Part shown: piece by piece, positions 26,843-37,000 of the stretch
How the letters are laid out: every line of letters begins with the position of its first letter
How positions within the stretch are numbered: the first letter of the stretch is position 1
Origin: a virus
Lineage: Duplodnaviria > Caudoviricetes
Length of the DNA: 62,694 nucleotides
Strand: one strand, 5' to 3'
IMG/VR virus record: IMGVR_UViG_3300034167_000773
Coordinates: 1-62,694 of that record
Position numbers and translations under genes: made by a program
Notes under the pieces: generated by a model
Seen by the model: the letters and a program-made list of their open reading frames with translations, nothing else
Databases searched by the model: none
Told to the model about the DNA's origin: nothing

Positions 26843-29088
26843 TGAAAAATAAGTATAATAAAAGAAAATACAAACTACAAGCAGGAGTTCAACAAATCCA
26901 AATGGATACTCCTGATTATGGTAAAGCTTATGAAATTCAAGCTGAACAATCTGCTGCAAATAAAGGTATATCTCAAGTGGCACAACAATTTTCAGGATCA
27001 TTTGCTCCTGTAGGACAAGTAGGTGGAATGGCTGCAGATGTTATTAGAAGTAGATCTAAAAATAAAAAAACAGGAGCTACTGTAGGAGGTGCTGTTGAAA
27101 TGGGAACTTCTGGTGCTGCATTAGGTATGCAATTAGGAGGTCCTTGGGGAGCTGCTGCAGGAGCTGTAGTAGGTGGAGTTTATGGTGGTATTAAAGGAGC
27201 TAAAAATTATGAAAAAGTTAAATCTGCTGCTCAAGAAGAAGAAAGAAAAGTTGAAGTAGCAAACTTTAATAAACAATTTGTTGAAGGTAATAGTACTGAT
27301 GCTCAAGCAACATTAGCTAAAAGAGGTAAATATAAAGTTAAAACTAAACAACCACGTTTAATTGAGACTGAAGGTAGAGAACCTATCTTCTCTCCTAAAA
27401 AGAAAGATGGTAGTAGAGATCTTCTTTATTACAATCCTAATGATCCTACTCATGAAGAAGGTGGAGTAAAAGCTGTAGTTATGCCTAAAAAGAAATATAC
27501 TAATGGTACAGGAGATTTACAAATTTCTCCTAATAATGCAAATACTTTTAATAGTATAGCTACTGGTACTGCAAAACCTTATACTAGAAAACCAAATGAT
27601 CCAATAGTTTTTGGACAAGAACCAGGAAGTTTTGGAAATAAAATGGGACAAGTATTAGCTCTTGGTAAACAAACTATGCCAGGACAAGGATATCAATTTA
27701 CTCCATCTGAAACTGCTAAGCAGACTGCAATTAGTTATGCTACAGGAGCAAGTATGGGTAAGCTTATGTCTCCTGTATTAAAGAATGCTAAACCTGTAAT
27801 GAATAAAGGAGCAAATCTTATGACTACTTTTATGGATACAACTCCATATGTAGAAAAATTAGGATTTAAGAAAAATGGTACTTCAAAAGTTCAAGCTTTT
27901 AAAAATAAATATAATAATGGTACTAATAGTTTAATGCCTAAAAGAAGTAAAGAATCTTTAGTAGGTTCTGGTATAATGGCTGTAGGTGCTAAACAAATTA
28001 AAGTCAATGATCTTAATAATACTGCATTTTCTCAGAACCTTTCTAATACTCCTCCTGCCAATGCTGCTAATGCATTTATTCAGCCACAAGCAGGGATTAA
28101 CCAAGTTGCCAGGCAGATTCCGCAAGAAAGAAGGAAAGAAACTAAAAGGACTATCAGGTCTCACAAAAAAGTAAATCCAGATCTTAATAAAATAGTAGAT
28201 CCTCCTACTACTTATGATATGATGGAACGTCCTCCATTAAGTAGAGTTAATAAAGATACTTTATATGAGGCAAAACTTCCTAAACCAACAAATACTTATA
28301 ATACTAAAAATAATTTTAAAAATGGTGGTAAGTATATAAAGGTTTATAAAGAAGGTACTGATGGTACAGAATCTGGAGCTACTTATAAGCATACTAAAAC
28401 TTTTAAAAGTAAACCAGCTTATCAAGCAGCATTACAGGCACATGATGATAGTTTAAATCTATATTCTCAATCTAGATACTTTACTGATAAAGTAAAAGGT
28501 AGTGGACTTTATAACTCTACTGTAGAAAATCCAGAAGTTAAGAATATTACTAGAAGTGGATTAGGTAGAGCACCAAGTCCATTAAAAGCATATGGTTCTC
28601 CTAATGATGCCTCAGAAGAAATTATGACAGTTGCAGGAATGAATCCTATGAGAAAAGATCTTTACTCTAGAAAAGAAAGTCAATATAAATCTTTTAAAGA
28701 ACATAAAGAAGCTGAAGCTTCTGGACAACCTCATGGTACACATGAAGGGTATGAGATTAATATGTATAAGCATCCTGAGATGGCTTTAAATTATGTACCT
28801 GATACAGCAAAAACTATTGAACCTAGAAGGGCTAAATTTAAAACTTCTAGTGATAATAGTACTACAACTAGAACTCCTGTTAGACAAATTCAAACTCCTA
28901 CAAAAGAGACTATTGTAGATACTAGTAAAATTAAAACAACTCCTGTAGTTGCTACAAAATCTACTGCAACAAGAGGAAAATTTGTTGGTAGAGAAAAAAC
29001 TTTACTTGATAAAGCAGGTGAGTTTCTTAATAAAGTAGGTTCCTCAAAAAGAATGTCTAATGGTAAATCAGTAAGAGTATTTAAATAA
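26842..29088 (+). CDS. Cargo protein 1-like modular protein (glycine zipper, ExE...HExGG module)
   Basis: GAALGMQLGGPWGAAAGAVVGGVYGG zipper; IETEGREP...PTHEEGGV; follows the muzzle gene; CGTATAA at 26775. Confidence 0.7.
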   Translation: MKNKYNKRKYKLQAGVQQIQMDTPDYGKAYEIQAEQSAANKGISQVAQQFSGSFAPVGQVGGMAADVIRSRSKNKKTGATVGGAVEMGTSGAALGMQLGGPWGAAAGAVVGGVYGGIKGAKNYEKVKSAAQEEERKVEVANFNKQFVEGNSTDAQATLAKRGKYKVKTKQPRLIETEGREPIFSPKKKDGSRDLLYYNPNDPTHEEGGVKAVVMPKKKYTNGTGDLQISPNNANTFNSIATGTAKPYTRKPNDPIVFGQEPGSFGNKMGQVLALGKQTMPGQGYQFTPSETAKQTAISYATGASMGKLMSPVLKNAKPVMNKGANLMTTFMDTTPYVEKLGFKKNGTSKVQAFKNKYNNGTNSLMPKRSKESLVGSGIMAVGAKQIKVNDLNNTAFSQNLSNTPPANAANAFIQPQAGINQVARQIPQERRKETKRTIRSHKKVNPDLNKIVDPPTTYDMMERPPLSRVNKDTLYEAKLPKPTNTYNTKNNFKNGGKYIKVYKEGTDGTESGATYKHTKTFKSKPAYQAALQAHDDSLNLYSQSRYFTDKVKGSGLYNSTVENPEVKNITRSGLGRAPSPLKAYGSPNDASEEIMTVAGMNPMRKDLYSRKESQYKSFKEHKEAEASGQPHGTHEGYEINMYKHPEMALNYVPDTAKTIEPRRAKFKTSSDNSTTTRTPVRQIQTPTKETIVDTSKIKTTPVVATKSTATRGKFVGREKTLLDKAGEFLNKVGSSKRMSNGKSVRVFK

Positions 29089-29089
29089 T

Positions 29090-30895
29090 ATGATGAAAAT
29101 ACCAGTAAATAAAACAGGATATTTAAAAGGAGCTAAGACTGCTAAAAATCCAGTCAACATTATTCCTTCTAGCCTTATTACTACACAAGGTATGGCATTT
29201 CCTATTAAGGCTAATGGTAAAACTCTGTATCCTAATACTGGTCAATATAAGTTTCCTACACCTAATGTAGTTGAGACTCCTCTTAAGAAAAAAGGTACTG
29301 ATGAATTAGTACCTAATAAAATGAGTAAAACATCTCTTTCTAAAGCTCAAGAAATTGCATATCAAAGATGGATGAAGTTTAAAGGCTATAATGAGTCTGA
29401 TGATTATGACATGAGAGATTACTGGAAAAATGAAGGATTTAAAAATCTTGGCTCTCCAAAAGGAGGAGACCATTTTCCTGATACTTATAAAAGACTTGCC
29501 CCGTTCTCAGAAGGAGATAATTATCCCACTCTTTCTGATGAAAGTAATAGAGCTTCTAAGTTTGATAAAAGAGGTCAAGGTACTTGGACTAAAGAAGGTA
29601 AATATGTAAATTATCAAGAAGGAACTGAGGGACTTAATGCTATGTCATATGCTAAGTTTCCAAATAGAATTAAAGATAAAAAAAGAAGAGATACTCAAAT
29701 AGCAGATATATATAATGCTACTTTAGATGATCATAAAGGAGATACTACTAATGCTAAAAGAGCATTTAAAAGTTTTTTTACACATTATGGCTCTGAAAGA
29801 TTTGATAATATAAAACCCCTTGAAGGGTATTATGGATTTGATAAAAAAGATTATGAAGATTCAACTTTAGATAGTCTTGGTAAAAATTGGCATAAACAAA
29901 TAAGAGCACCTAAAAAACAACAAGGAACTAAGAATGCTAAAGTAGAACCTAAAAGAGAACCAGAATTTGGTGCTGGATTATTTGGTAACTTATTTGGAAA
30001 AGCAGGAAATCCTGTAGCTGATAAAAAAGAAAATGTAAAAAGAAGACAAGAATTTGAAACTGCTACAAAAAGAGGATTATCTTCTGAAGGGCTAGGAGAT
30101 CTTGCTATGGGACTTAGTGGAGAAGCTATAGCTGGTGCTGCTACCAAAGTAGGAGGCAAATTATATAAAGCTGCTTCTCCTTATATTAAAAAAGCAGGAA
30201 AATATCTTACAACAAAAACTCCTTTAAAAGATGTATATAAATTAAATCCTTGGGCTTATAAAGGTAAAGAAGGAATGATGTATAGAGGACTTGGTAAAGA
30301 AGGAATGGAAGATGCTGTTGAATCAGGTTTATTTAGAGCTAAACAAGATGTAATTCCTGAATATTACCCAGGTAGCAAATTGCGAATGAATAAAAGTTTT
30401 TCTAATCCATATTTTACACCTAAATTTAAAACAGCTGCAACATATGGTGATAATTATTTAGCTGAAGTTCCTAGAAATGTTGCTAATTGGAGACAAAGAT
30501 ACAAACGTACAAATTGGAGTCAAGTTGCTGATAAACCTATACCAATTAAAGAAGGTAAAATATTAGAAAAACATTGGTTAAAAGGATATAAACCTTTGCA
30601 ATTTAAAAATGGTTCTAAAGGAGTATCACTAGCTTTTAGTAGAGGAGAAAAAGATCCTAAAGGTGGACTTACTCAAAAAGGTGTAGACAAATATAATAGA
30701 GCTACAGGAGGTAATTTAAAAATGGCTGTTACTACACCACCATCTAAACTTAAAGCAGATAGTAAAGCAGCTAATAGAAGAAAGAGTTTTTGTAGTCGAA
30801 TGAAAGGTATGAAATCTAAATTAACTTCTGCTAAAACAGCAAATGATCCTAATAGCAGAATTAATAAAAGCTTAAGGAAATGGAATTGCAATTAA
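29090..30895 (+). CDS. Modular cargo-like protein (includes ART-like and DUF6321-like modules)
   Basis: Distinct modules separated by KKKGT, YQEGT, KQQGT and FKNGS; C-terminal KDPKGGL...RRKSFCSRMKG...DPNSRINKSLRKWNC recalls DUF6321. Confidence 0.65.
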   Translation: MMKIPVNKTGYLKGAKTAKNPVNIIPSSLITTQGMAFPIKANGKTLYPNTGQYKFPTPNVVETPLKKKGTDELVPNKMSKTSLSKAQEIAYQRWMKFKGYNESDDYDMRDYWKNEGFKNLGSPKGGDHFPDTYKRLAPFSEGDNYPTLSDESNRASKFDKRGQGTWTKEGKYVNYQEGTEGLNAMSYAKFPNRIKDKKRRDTQIADIYNATLDDHKGDTTNAKRAFKSFFTHYGSERFDNIKPLEGYYGFDKKDYEDSTLDSLGKNWHKQIRAPKKQQGTKNAKVEPKREPEFGAGLFGNLFGKAGNPVADKKENVKRRQEFETATKRGLSSEGLGDLAMGLSGEAIAGAATKVGGKLYKAASPYIKKAGKYLTTKTPLKDVYKLNPWAYKGKEGMMYRGLGKEGMEDAVESGLFRAKQDVIPEYYPGSKLRMNKSFSNPYFTPKFKTAATYGDNYLAEVPRNVANWRQRYKRTNWSQVADKPIPIKEGKILEKHWLKGYKPLQFKNGSKGVSLAFSRGEKDPKGGLTQKGVDKYNRATGGNLKMAVTTPPSKLKADSKAANRRKSFCSRMKGMKSKLTSAKTANDPNSRINKSLRKWNCN

Positions 30896-30922
30896 AAAAT
30901 TGTTAAAACGTAAAATAATATT

Positions 30923-31858
30923 ATGAAATTTAAAATGGGCGGTTCTGGTATACACATTAAGCCAGAGAATAAAGGAAAGTTTACAGCTACTAAAAAAGCT
31001 ACTGGTAAAAGTACAGAAGAATTAACTCATAGTAAAAATCCTGTTACTAAAAAAAGAGCAATCTTTGCACAAAATGCTGCTAAATGGAAACATGATGAAG
31101 GTACTAAAAAATTAGCTACTGCTGATAGTACAGCATATTATGGAAAACAAATGGAAAAGTTTATGAAAAAGCGTTCTAATGTTTCTATTGATAAGGCTCC
31201 TCCATATGATCAAAAAGTAAATAAAGCTATGTCAAATATGTATAGACAAACTAAAAAAGGTAAACCAGGCTATGATGCTAATGGTCATCCTGTTATAATG
31301 AAAATGAAAATGGGTACTAAAAATGTTAACTCTTTTCCAGATCTAAATAAGGATGGAGAAATTACTAAAGCTGATATTCTTAAAGGCAGAGGTGTAATTA
31401 AAAAGACTGGTACCAAGTCTATGAAAGTAGATGAAAAAATGTGTGGTTCTAAAGGTATGAAATATCAAAATGGAGGAAAAGATCTTGGAAAAGAACTTAT
31501 GTCAAGAGCTCAATGGAGTAAGATTACTCCAAAGCCAAATCCAGATAAACCAACTTCTAAACTAACTGTAATTAATAAATCTCCTGGTAATCCAAATGAA
31601 AAAGGTTCTTTTGTAAATACAGTAATAACTAAAGCAAAAGAAAATCAAAAACAAAATTCTACTAAAAAATTTAAAGAAGGAACTAAGAGCATTAAGTTTA
31701 AAAAACCTATGATGAAGAGAGCTGATGGTTCTACTTCTCAAAGAGGTTTGTGGGATAATTTGAGAAGCAAAGCAGCTGAAAATAAAAAAACTGGTGCTAA
31801 ACCTAAAGCTCCTACTAAAGCAATGTTATCTCAAGAAAAAAAGATTAACTCCAAATAA
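30923..31858 (+). CDS. Modular basic cargo-like protein
   Basis: Short modules IHIKPENKGKFT...FAQNAAKWKH, FPDLNKDGEITKADILKGRGV (EF-hand-like loop) and KRADGSTSQRGLWDNLR, separated by xxxG[TSG] motifs. Confidence 0.65.
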   Translation: MKFKMGGSGIHIKPENKGKFTATKKATGKSTEELTHSKNPVTKKRAIFAQNAAKWKHDEGTKKLATADSTAYYGKQMEKFMKKRSNVSIDKAPPYDQKVNKAMSNMYRQTKKGKPGYDANGHPVIMKMKMGTKNVNSFPDLNKDGEITKADILKGRGVIKKTGTKSMKVDEKMCGSKGMKYQNGGKDLGKELMSRAQWSKITPKPNPDKPTSKLTVINKSPGNPNEKGSFVNTVITKAKENQKQNSTKKFKEGTKSIKFKKPMMKRADGSTSQRGLWDNLRSKAAENKKTGAKPKAPTKAMLSQEKKINSK

Positions 31859-31860
31859 TA

Positions 31861-32484
31861 ATGATATTAGATATTAGTATAGAATTTAAACAAAGGTATT
31901 TTTCTAAAAAAGAAAAAGGAGGAGTTATTTATAAGATCACAAATCTTATAAATAATGATTTTTATATTGGAAGTACTAATAACCTTGTTAAAAGATACTA
32001 TACTCATATTAATCATATTAGAACTAATAGAAATACTTGTATAAAATTAATTAGAGCTGTTAATAAGTATGGTGAAAATAATTTTAAATTTGAAATTTTA
32101 ATTGTTTGTCCTCAAGAATATATTTTAAAAGCTGAACAATGGTTTATAGATAAACTTAAACCTAAATATAATATTGCTAAAATAGCTGGTAGTAATTTAG
32201 GAATTAAAAGAACTGTTGAATGTAAACTTCAAAGATCTATTCTTCAAAAACAAAAATGGCAAGATGTAGAATATAGAGAAAGCCATTTAAAAACATTATC
32301 TAAAAATTGGAAAAGTGGGTCTTCTCATTGCATGGCTAAACTAACAGAAGATAAAGTAATTAATATCAAAAAACTTTTAGCAGATGGAATTACTGTTAAA
32401 AAAGTTTCAGAAATATTAGAAGTTAGTTATCATTCTGTAAAAGATATAAAAAGAAATAAAACTTGGAAAAATGTTATTATATAA
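31861..32484 (+). mobile_element. Free-standing GIY-YIG homing endonuclease
   Basis: GVIYKITNLINNDFYIGS..NLVKRYYTH...AEQWFID..KPKYN plus C-terminal AKLTEDKV..IK...IKRNKTW DNA-binding module. Confidence 0.9.
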
Positions 32485-32504
32485 ATTAAATCTAGTAAGT
32501 AATT

Positions 32505-35255
32505 ATGCCTCCAGTTAATAAAAAACCTATTTATGTATCTAATCCTAATGATCCTAGAATAAAAGCTTATTCTGATAGTTTAAGATTATACAATAGTAAT
32601 CCTAAACCTAATGAAATTTTAAGAAAAGTAAAAGGAACTTATGATAAAGTTACTGGAATAAGTTATGATTCTTTTATAGGATTAAAAAATAAAAATAAAA
32701 ATAGACCTATAAATATGTATCTTTTAGGAGATAAAACATCTAAAACAACTAATTCTGATGGTAGTGTTACTTTAAATGAAAAAGGTTGGGCAGGAGAATA
32801 TAAAAAACCAGAACAACCTTATATTTATAAAAAAGAAGAAAGGAAAAAAGAAAATATTGAACCTTTAGAAATTAAACAAACTAAATTAAATCTTTCTAAA
32901 GATACTATTGTAGATAAAAAACCAGAACCTATAGTTATTAAAAAACTTCCAGGAGGTAGTGGTAAATTTGCACAGTATTCTAATATGAAATCTCAATTAG
33001 GTTCTATGAAAACTTCTAGAATGGTTAATGCTAAGAAAGTACAAAACATTGTACCTACTTTTGCAGAAGGAGCAAACTTTGTTTCAGGTAATGAAAAACA
33101 TAGAGTTTATAAAAAGACTACTAAGAGAGGTGAGGGAAAGATTGGTGACATTATGGTTAATCATCCTACTAAGGATAAAGGAACTTATGATACTATTAGT
33201 CTTACCAGAACTTCAAATGCTAAAACTATTAAACAAGGAATAGCTGCTGAAAAGAAATGGCATGCTGATAATCCTATGAAAATGTTATCAGGAGCAAAAA
33301 GCGTAAAACAATATAGAGGAGATGAGAATCTTCCTGAAGCTAAGAATGGTATGAAAAAAAACTGTGGATGTAAGCATACTAGAAGCAAGTATAAGTATCA
33401 AGAAGGTGAAAGAGATATTGCTGCTGATAAATTAGAGTATGGTGATGATTATGAAAAAGAATTGGCAAGAAACTTTGGAGCAACTCCAGTAGCAAATACT
33501 GTTGCTCCTATTGTTGCAAAAAAACCAATACTTAAAAAAGATACTGTTCCTGTTAAAGGAAATACAGTTACTCCTAGAAGAGATACTGTTTCTACTAAAA
33601 AGAAAACCTACTCAAGAATTGGTGGAGAAAAGAAAATATATGTTGAAAAGTCTCCAGTAAGTGTTAATAAAAATAAACCTGCAGAATATACTTCTAGAGT
33701 AAAAGAATATATCAATAACTCTTTAGGAGAACTTATACCACAAAAAGATACTACTTATTCTTTAGATGAAAATACTAATAAAATGGTAATGCATCTTCCA
33801 ACAAAGTCAAATAGAATGTGGTCTAAGAAAAACATAGGATATGGTTATGAAAATCTTACACCTGAGGAACAAAAACAAGTTAAGTATGAACAAAAGCTAA
33901 GACAAAGAAATGATTTAGCTAAACAAATTGAGATTTCCAATAGTAGTTTAAAGTATAGAAAACAATATCCTGGACAAAAAAGAGAATCAGCTAAAAACTC
34001 AACAGCACCAGTATGGAAAATGGCTAAAAATGTAAATGCTTTTACTAAATCTATAGAAGGTAAAAGTGGATACAAGTATGGTACTGGAGCATTAGCTATC
34101 CCAGAAGGTTCTGCTATTGTTACTGCTAATGGTGGTAAGAATAAACAAGCTTTGATGGCATATAAGAAAGGCAACTATAAACTCTTAAATAATATTATAG
34201 AAGACATGCCTGAAGATAGAGTTGATAAAGCTCAAGCTGGTATAAAAGGTACTAAAGTTAAAGGTAAATATACTACTACAGATCCTATTACTAAAGAAAC
34301 TTATCAAGAAGAATCTGTACATGGTGCTGATAAAAGATTTGGTAAAGAGATGTCATTAGCTGATGCTCAAAATCTTTATAATCTTACTGATGCTCAGTTT
34401 GAAGCTGCTTATGGTAAAAATAAAAAAAGTGATGCTTATAAAATTGAGAGGGGTAGAAGAGATGCTGTAAATGAAGGTAATGTAACTTATACAGTTGAGG
34501 GTAAAAAAGGCAAAGATGGTAAACCTCTTAAGTATGCTTCTGGATATAGAAGCAAACCAGGAGAAGGTGAAAAGAAAAAAGAAGGGGATGATGATAAAGA
34601 CAAAATTCCTACACCTATTCCTCCTCCAGATAAAGGTGGTGATGATGATACTGGAAAAAGAAAAGAGTTTGTAACTCTTCCTACTATGGCAGAAATTGCT
34701 GCTAGAAGTTCTATTCTTGGACAAGGTATAGAAGGAGTTCCTGAAAATTACTTAAAATTAGGTAGATATAATTATGCTTCTCAACTTCCTCAGACTCTTA
34801 GAGAAATACAACTTTCTGAGCAAGCAGGTAAAGAATCTGCTAGAGATATTGTAGGAGGAGATGCTGGTAGATATCTTGCACAAGCAGGAAATTTATCTGC
34901 TTCTAGAATGAAGGCTAATAATGACGCTGTAGTACAAGATACTCTTGCTAGACAAGATATCTTAAATAAAAATGTAGATTTGGGCAATGTTGAATCTCAA
35001 ACTAATAGAGGACTTAAAGATCAATATGCTATGCAAAGAGCAGCTAATAGAGGAGCATATAATAATCAACTTATTGCTACTGGTCAAGGTATTGATACTG
35101 CTGTAGATGCTTCTAAGTTAATGAGATCTCAAAGAGATGTAGATGATGTTAGAACCAACTTACTTAAGACTGGAGAATATACAATGGATTCACAAGGAAA
35201 TATTAAAAAAACAGCTAAAGGAGCTAAAAAACTTAAGACGTATAAAAGAAAATAA
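32505..35255 (+). CDS. Modular cargo-like protein
   Basis: Modules separated by FAEGA, MLSGA, AKNGM, YQEGE, YKYGT and AQAGI; Ala/Gln-rich helical C-terminus. Confidence 0.65.
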   Translation: MPPVNKKPIYVSNPNDPRIKAYSDSLRLYNSNPKPNEILRKVKGTYDKVTGISYDSFIGLKNKNKNRPINMYLLGDKTSKTTNSDGSVTLNEKGWAGEYKKPEQPYIYKKEERKKENIEPLEIKQTKLNLSKDTIVDKKPEPIVIKKLPGGSGKFAQYSNMKSQLGSMKTSRMVNAKKVQNIVPTFAEGANFVSGNEKHRVYKKTTKRGEGKIGDIMVNHPTKDKGTYDTISLTRTSNAKTIKQGIAAEKKWHADNPMKMLSGAKSVKQYRGDENLPEAKNGMKKNCGCKHTRSKYKYQEGERDIAADKLEYGDDYEKELARNFGATPVANTVAPIVAKKPILKKDTVPVKGNTVTPRRDTVSTKKKTYSRIGGEKKIYVEKSPVSVNKNKPAEYTSRVKEYINNSLGELIPQKDTTYSLDENTNKMVMHLPTKSNRMWSKKNIGYGYENLTPEEQKQVKYEQKLRQRNDLAKQIEISNSSLKYRKQYPGQKRESAKNSTAPVWKMAKNVNAFTKSIEGKSGYKYGTGALAIPEGSAIVTANGGKNKQALMAYKKGNYKLLNNIIEDMPEDRVDKAQAGIKGTKVKGKYTTTDPITKETYQEESVHGADKRFGKEMSLADAQNLYNLTDAQFEAAYGKNKKSDAYKIERGRRDAVNEGNVTYTVEGKKGKDGKPLKYASGYRSKPGEGEKKKEGDDDKDKIPTPIPPPDKGGDDDTGKRKEFVTLPTMAEIAARSSILGQGIEGVPENYLKLGRYNYASQLPQTLREIQLSEQAGKESARDIVGGDAGRYLAQAGNLSASRMKANNDAVVQDTLARQDILNKNVDLGNVESQTNRGLKDQYAMQRAANRGAYNNQLIATGQGIDTAVDASKLMRSQRDVDDVRTNLLKTGEYTMDSQGNIKKTAKGAKKLKTYKRK

Positions 35256-35258
35256 GAC

Positions 35259-36989
35259 ATGGGAGTTAATGCATATACCACTAATCTTGGAGTAAGAGAA
35301 AGGCAAAGTACTTATGTACCTATGCCTTTTGAAGAAATGTATGCTGCTCTTCAAGAAAAGCAAAAAAGGTATGATGCTGCTGATGCTATGGAGAGAGAAG
35401 CTAAGAGAAGTGTATCTGCACTCTCTACTCCTATTAAAGGACATAGTGAGTATCTTGAGAAGAAGAAACAAGACTACTTAACTCAAGCTATGAATCTTCA
35501 TACTAGTATGCCTGATAAAGGATCTGCAGAATATAAAAGAAAAACACAGGATTTAATAGATGGTTTTATTGCAGATCCTAATGTTAATCTTATTTCTAAT
35601 TCTGCACAAGAGTGGATTAAGGGTAGAGAGACAGCTTCTAAGCTTATGGTAGATGGTAAATACTCTACCTATCAAGATAGATATAATTTAAATTTCAATG
35701 GTGTAGATCCTACTACTGGAGCTTTACAGAGATATAACTTTATGGGTCTTAAACCTAAAGTAGATTACATGAAGATAATGGAATCTGGTGAAAAAGCTAC
35801 ACCAAAACAAAGTGTAGATATAACAAGATCTTTTCCTGATGGTTCAGTAAAAAGAATAAAGAATGTAATTAAATCAGCAAAAGCTATAGAAGGAAATGTA
35901 TTTACAGCACTTTCTATGGATCCTGATGCTATTCCAGAAATGGCTGCAGATTTAAATCTTGATTCTAAAGGAGTTAAAGAGTATCTTAAAATATTTGCTG
36001 CAGGAAGACAAGAAATAGAAACTATTGATGAAAATAAATTTGATGCCGGCACTGCTACATATTTTGATAAGAAAAGAAAAGAAGAGGAAGCTGCAGCAGC
36101 AGTACCTTTAAATATTATACCTAATACTCCTTATAAAGAAACTCAAGAACAACTTAAGAGTTATATTGATGATAGAGGTAATTTTAAAGAAGCAGAAATA
36201 AATAATCCTTCTACATGGGGAGCTAACTCAAGAAGAGAAGGTGGAATGTCATCATTTGGTGCAGGACAATATTTTGCAGGAGAATCTTCTAATAAATTAC
36301 AACAAGAATATTCTAAAAATCAAGCAAGAAGTAAACAAGAAAAAGTTTCTCATTCAGTATCTCAAGTAGAAAGATTAATTAGAGAAAAACATCCTGAGGT
36401 TTATAATAACTTCTTAAAGGCAAGAAATGATAATAAAGAGTTAGCTCTTAAAGATGCTATTGCATTTATTCAAGAACAAAAAGAATCTAGACCTCTTTAT
36501 GGTACTACAATAGATGATGATGATCAAAGAGCTAATATTAAAGAAGCTATGTATGGCAACTCATCTGCAGTAATGTTATATACCTTAGATTCAAAAGGAG
36601 AAGAATTACTTGGAGCAAAATCAGCACCATTATCTTCTGTTCTTAGTAAAGATGTTAAAGAATCTGATTTCCATATAGGAGCCAAATTGACTGCATCACC
36701 ATATGGTAGAGATGCTAATACTGGTATGGCTTTACAATCTTATAGTATTAATGTTGGAGGTGTTCCTTATATTGCTACTCTTGGTAGCTTAAATACAAGA
36801 GATCAACAAGCACAAGCATTATATGATGTGCAAACTCTTGGAAAGAAAGCAATTATTTATAACTTTGAACCTGATCCACAAAATTATCCAGAACTACCTA
36901 ATAGACCTGTTCGTAAATTAGAAGTATACTTAAATAGACTTTCTAATGGAGAATATTCTGTTTGTGGTACTGATGTTAGTGGTAAATAG
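35259..36989 (+). CDS. Cargo/ejection protein preceding the virion RNA polymerase
   Basis: STYVPMPFEEM..ALQEKQKRYD N-terminus as recalled for crAss-like phages; CGTATAA at 35239. Confidence 0.65.
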   Translation: MGVNAYTTNLGVRERQSTYVPMPFEEMYAALQEKQKRYDAADAMEREAKRSVSALSTPIKGHSEYLEKKKQDYLTQAMNLHTSMPDKGSAEYKRKTQDLIDGFIADPNVNLISNSAQEWIKGRETASKLMVDGKYSTYQDRYNLNFNGVDPTTGALQRYNFMGLKPKVDYMKIMESGEKATPKQSVDITRSFPDGSVKRIKNVIKSAKAIEGNVFTALSMDPDAIPEMAADLNLDSKGVKEYLKIFAAGRQEIETIDENKFDAGTATYFDKKRKEEEAAAAVPLNIIPNTPYKETQEQLKSYIDDRGNFKEAEINNPSTWGANSRREGGMSSFGAGQYFAGESSNKLQQEYSKNQARSKQEKVSHSVSQVERLIREKHPEVYNNFLKARNDNKELALKDAIAFIQEQKESRPLYGTTIDDDDQRANIKEAMYGNSSAVMLYTLDSKGEELLGAKSAPLSSVLSKDVKESDFHIGAKLTASPYGRDANTGMALQSYSINVGGVPYIATLGSLNTRDQQAQALYDVQTLGKKAIIYNFEPDPQNYPELPNRPVRKLEVYLNRLSNGEYSVCGTDVSGK

Positions 36990-37000
36990 AAATAAAATTT

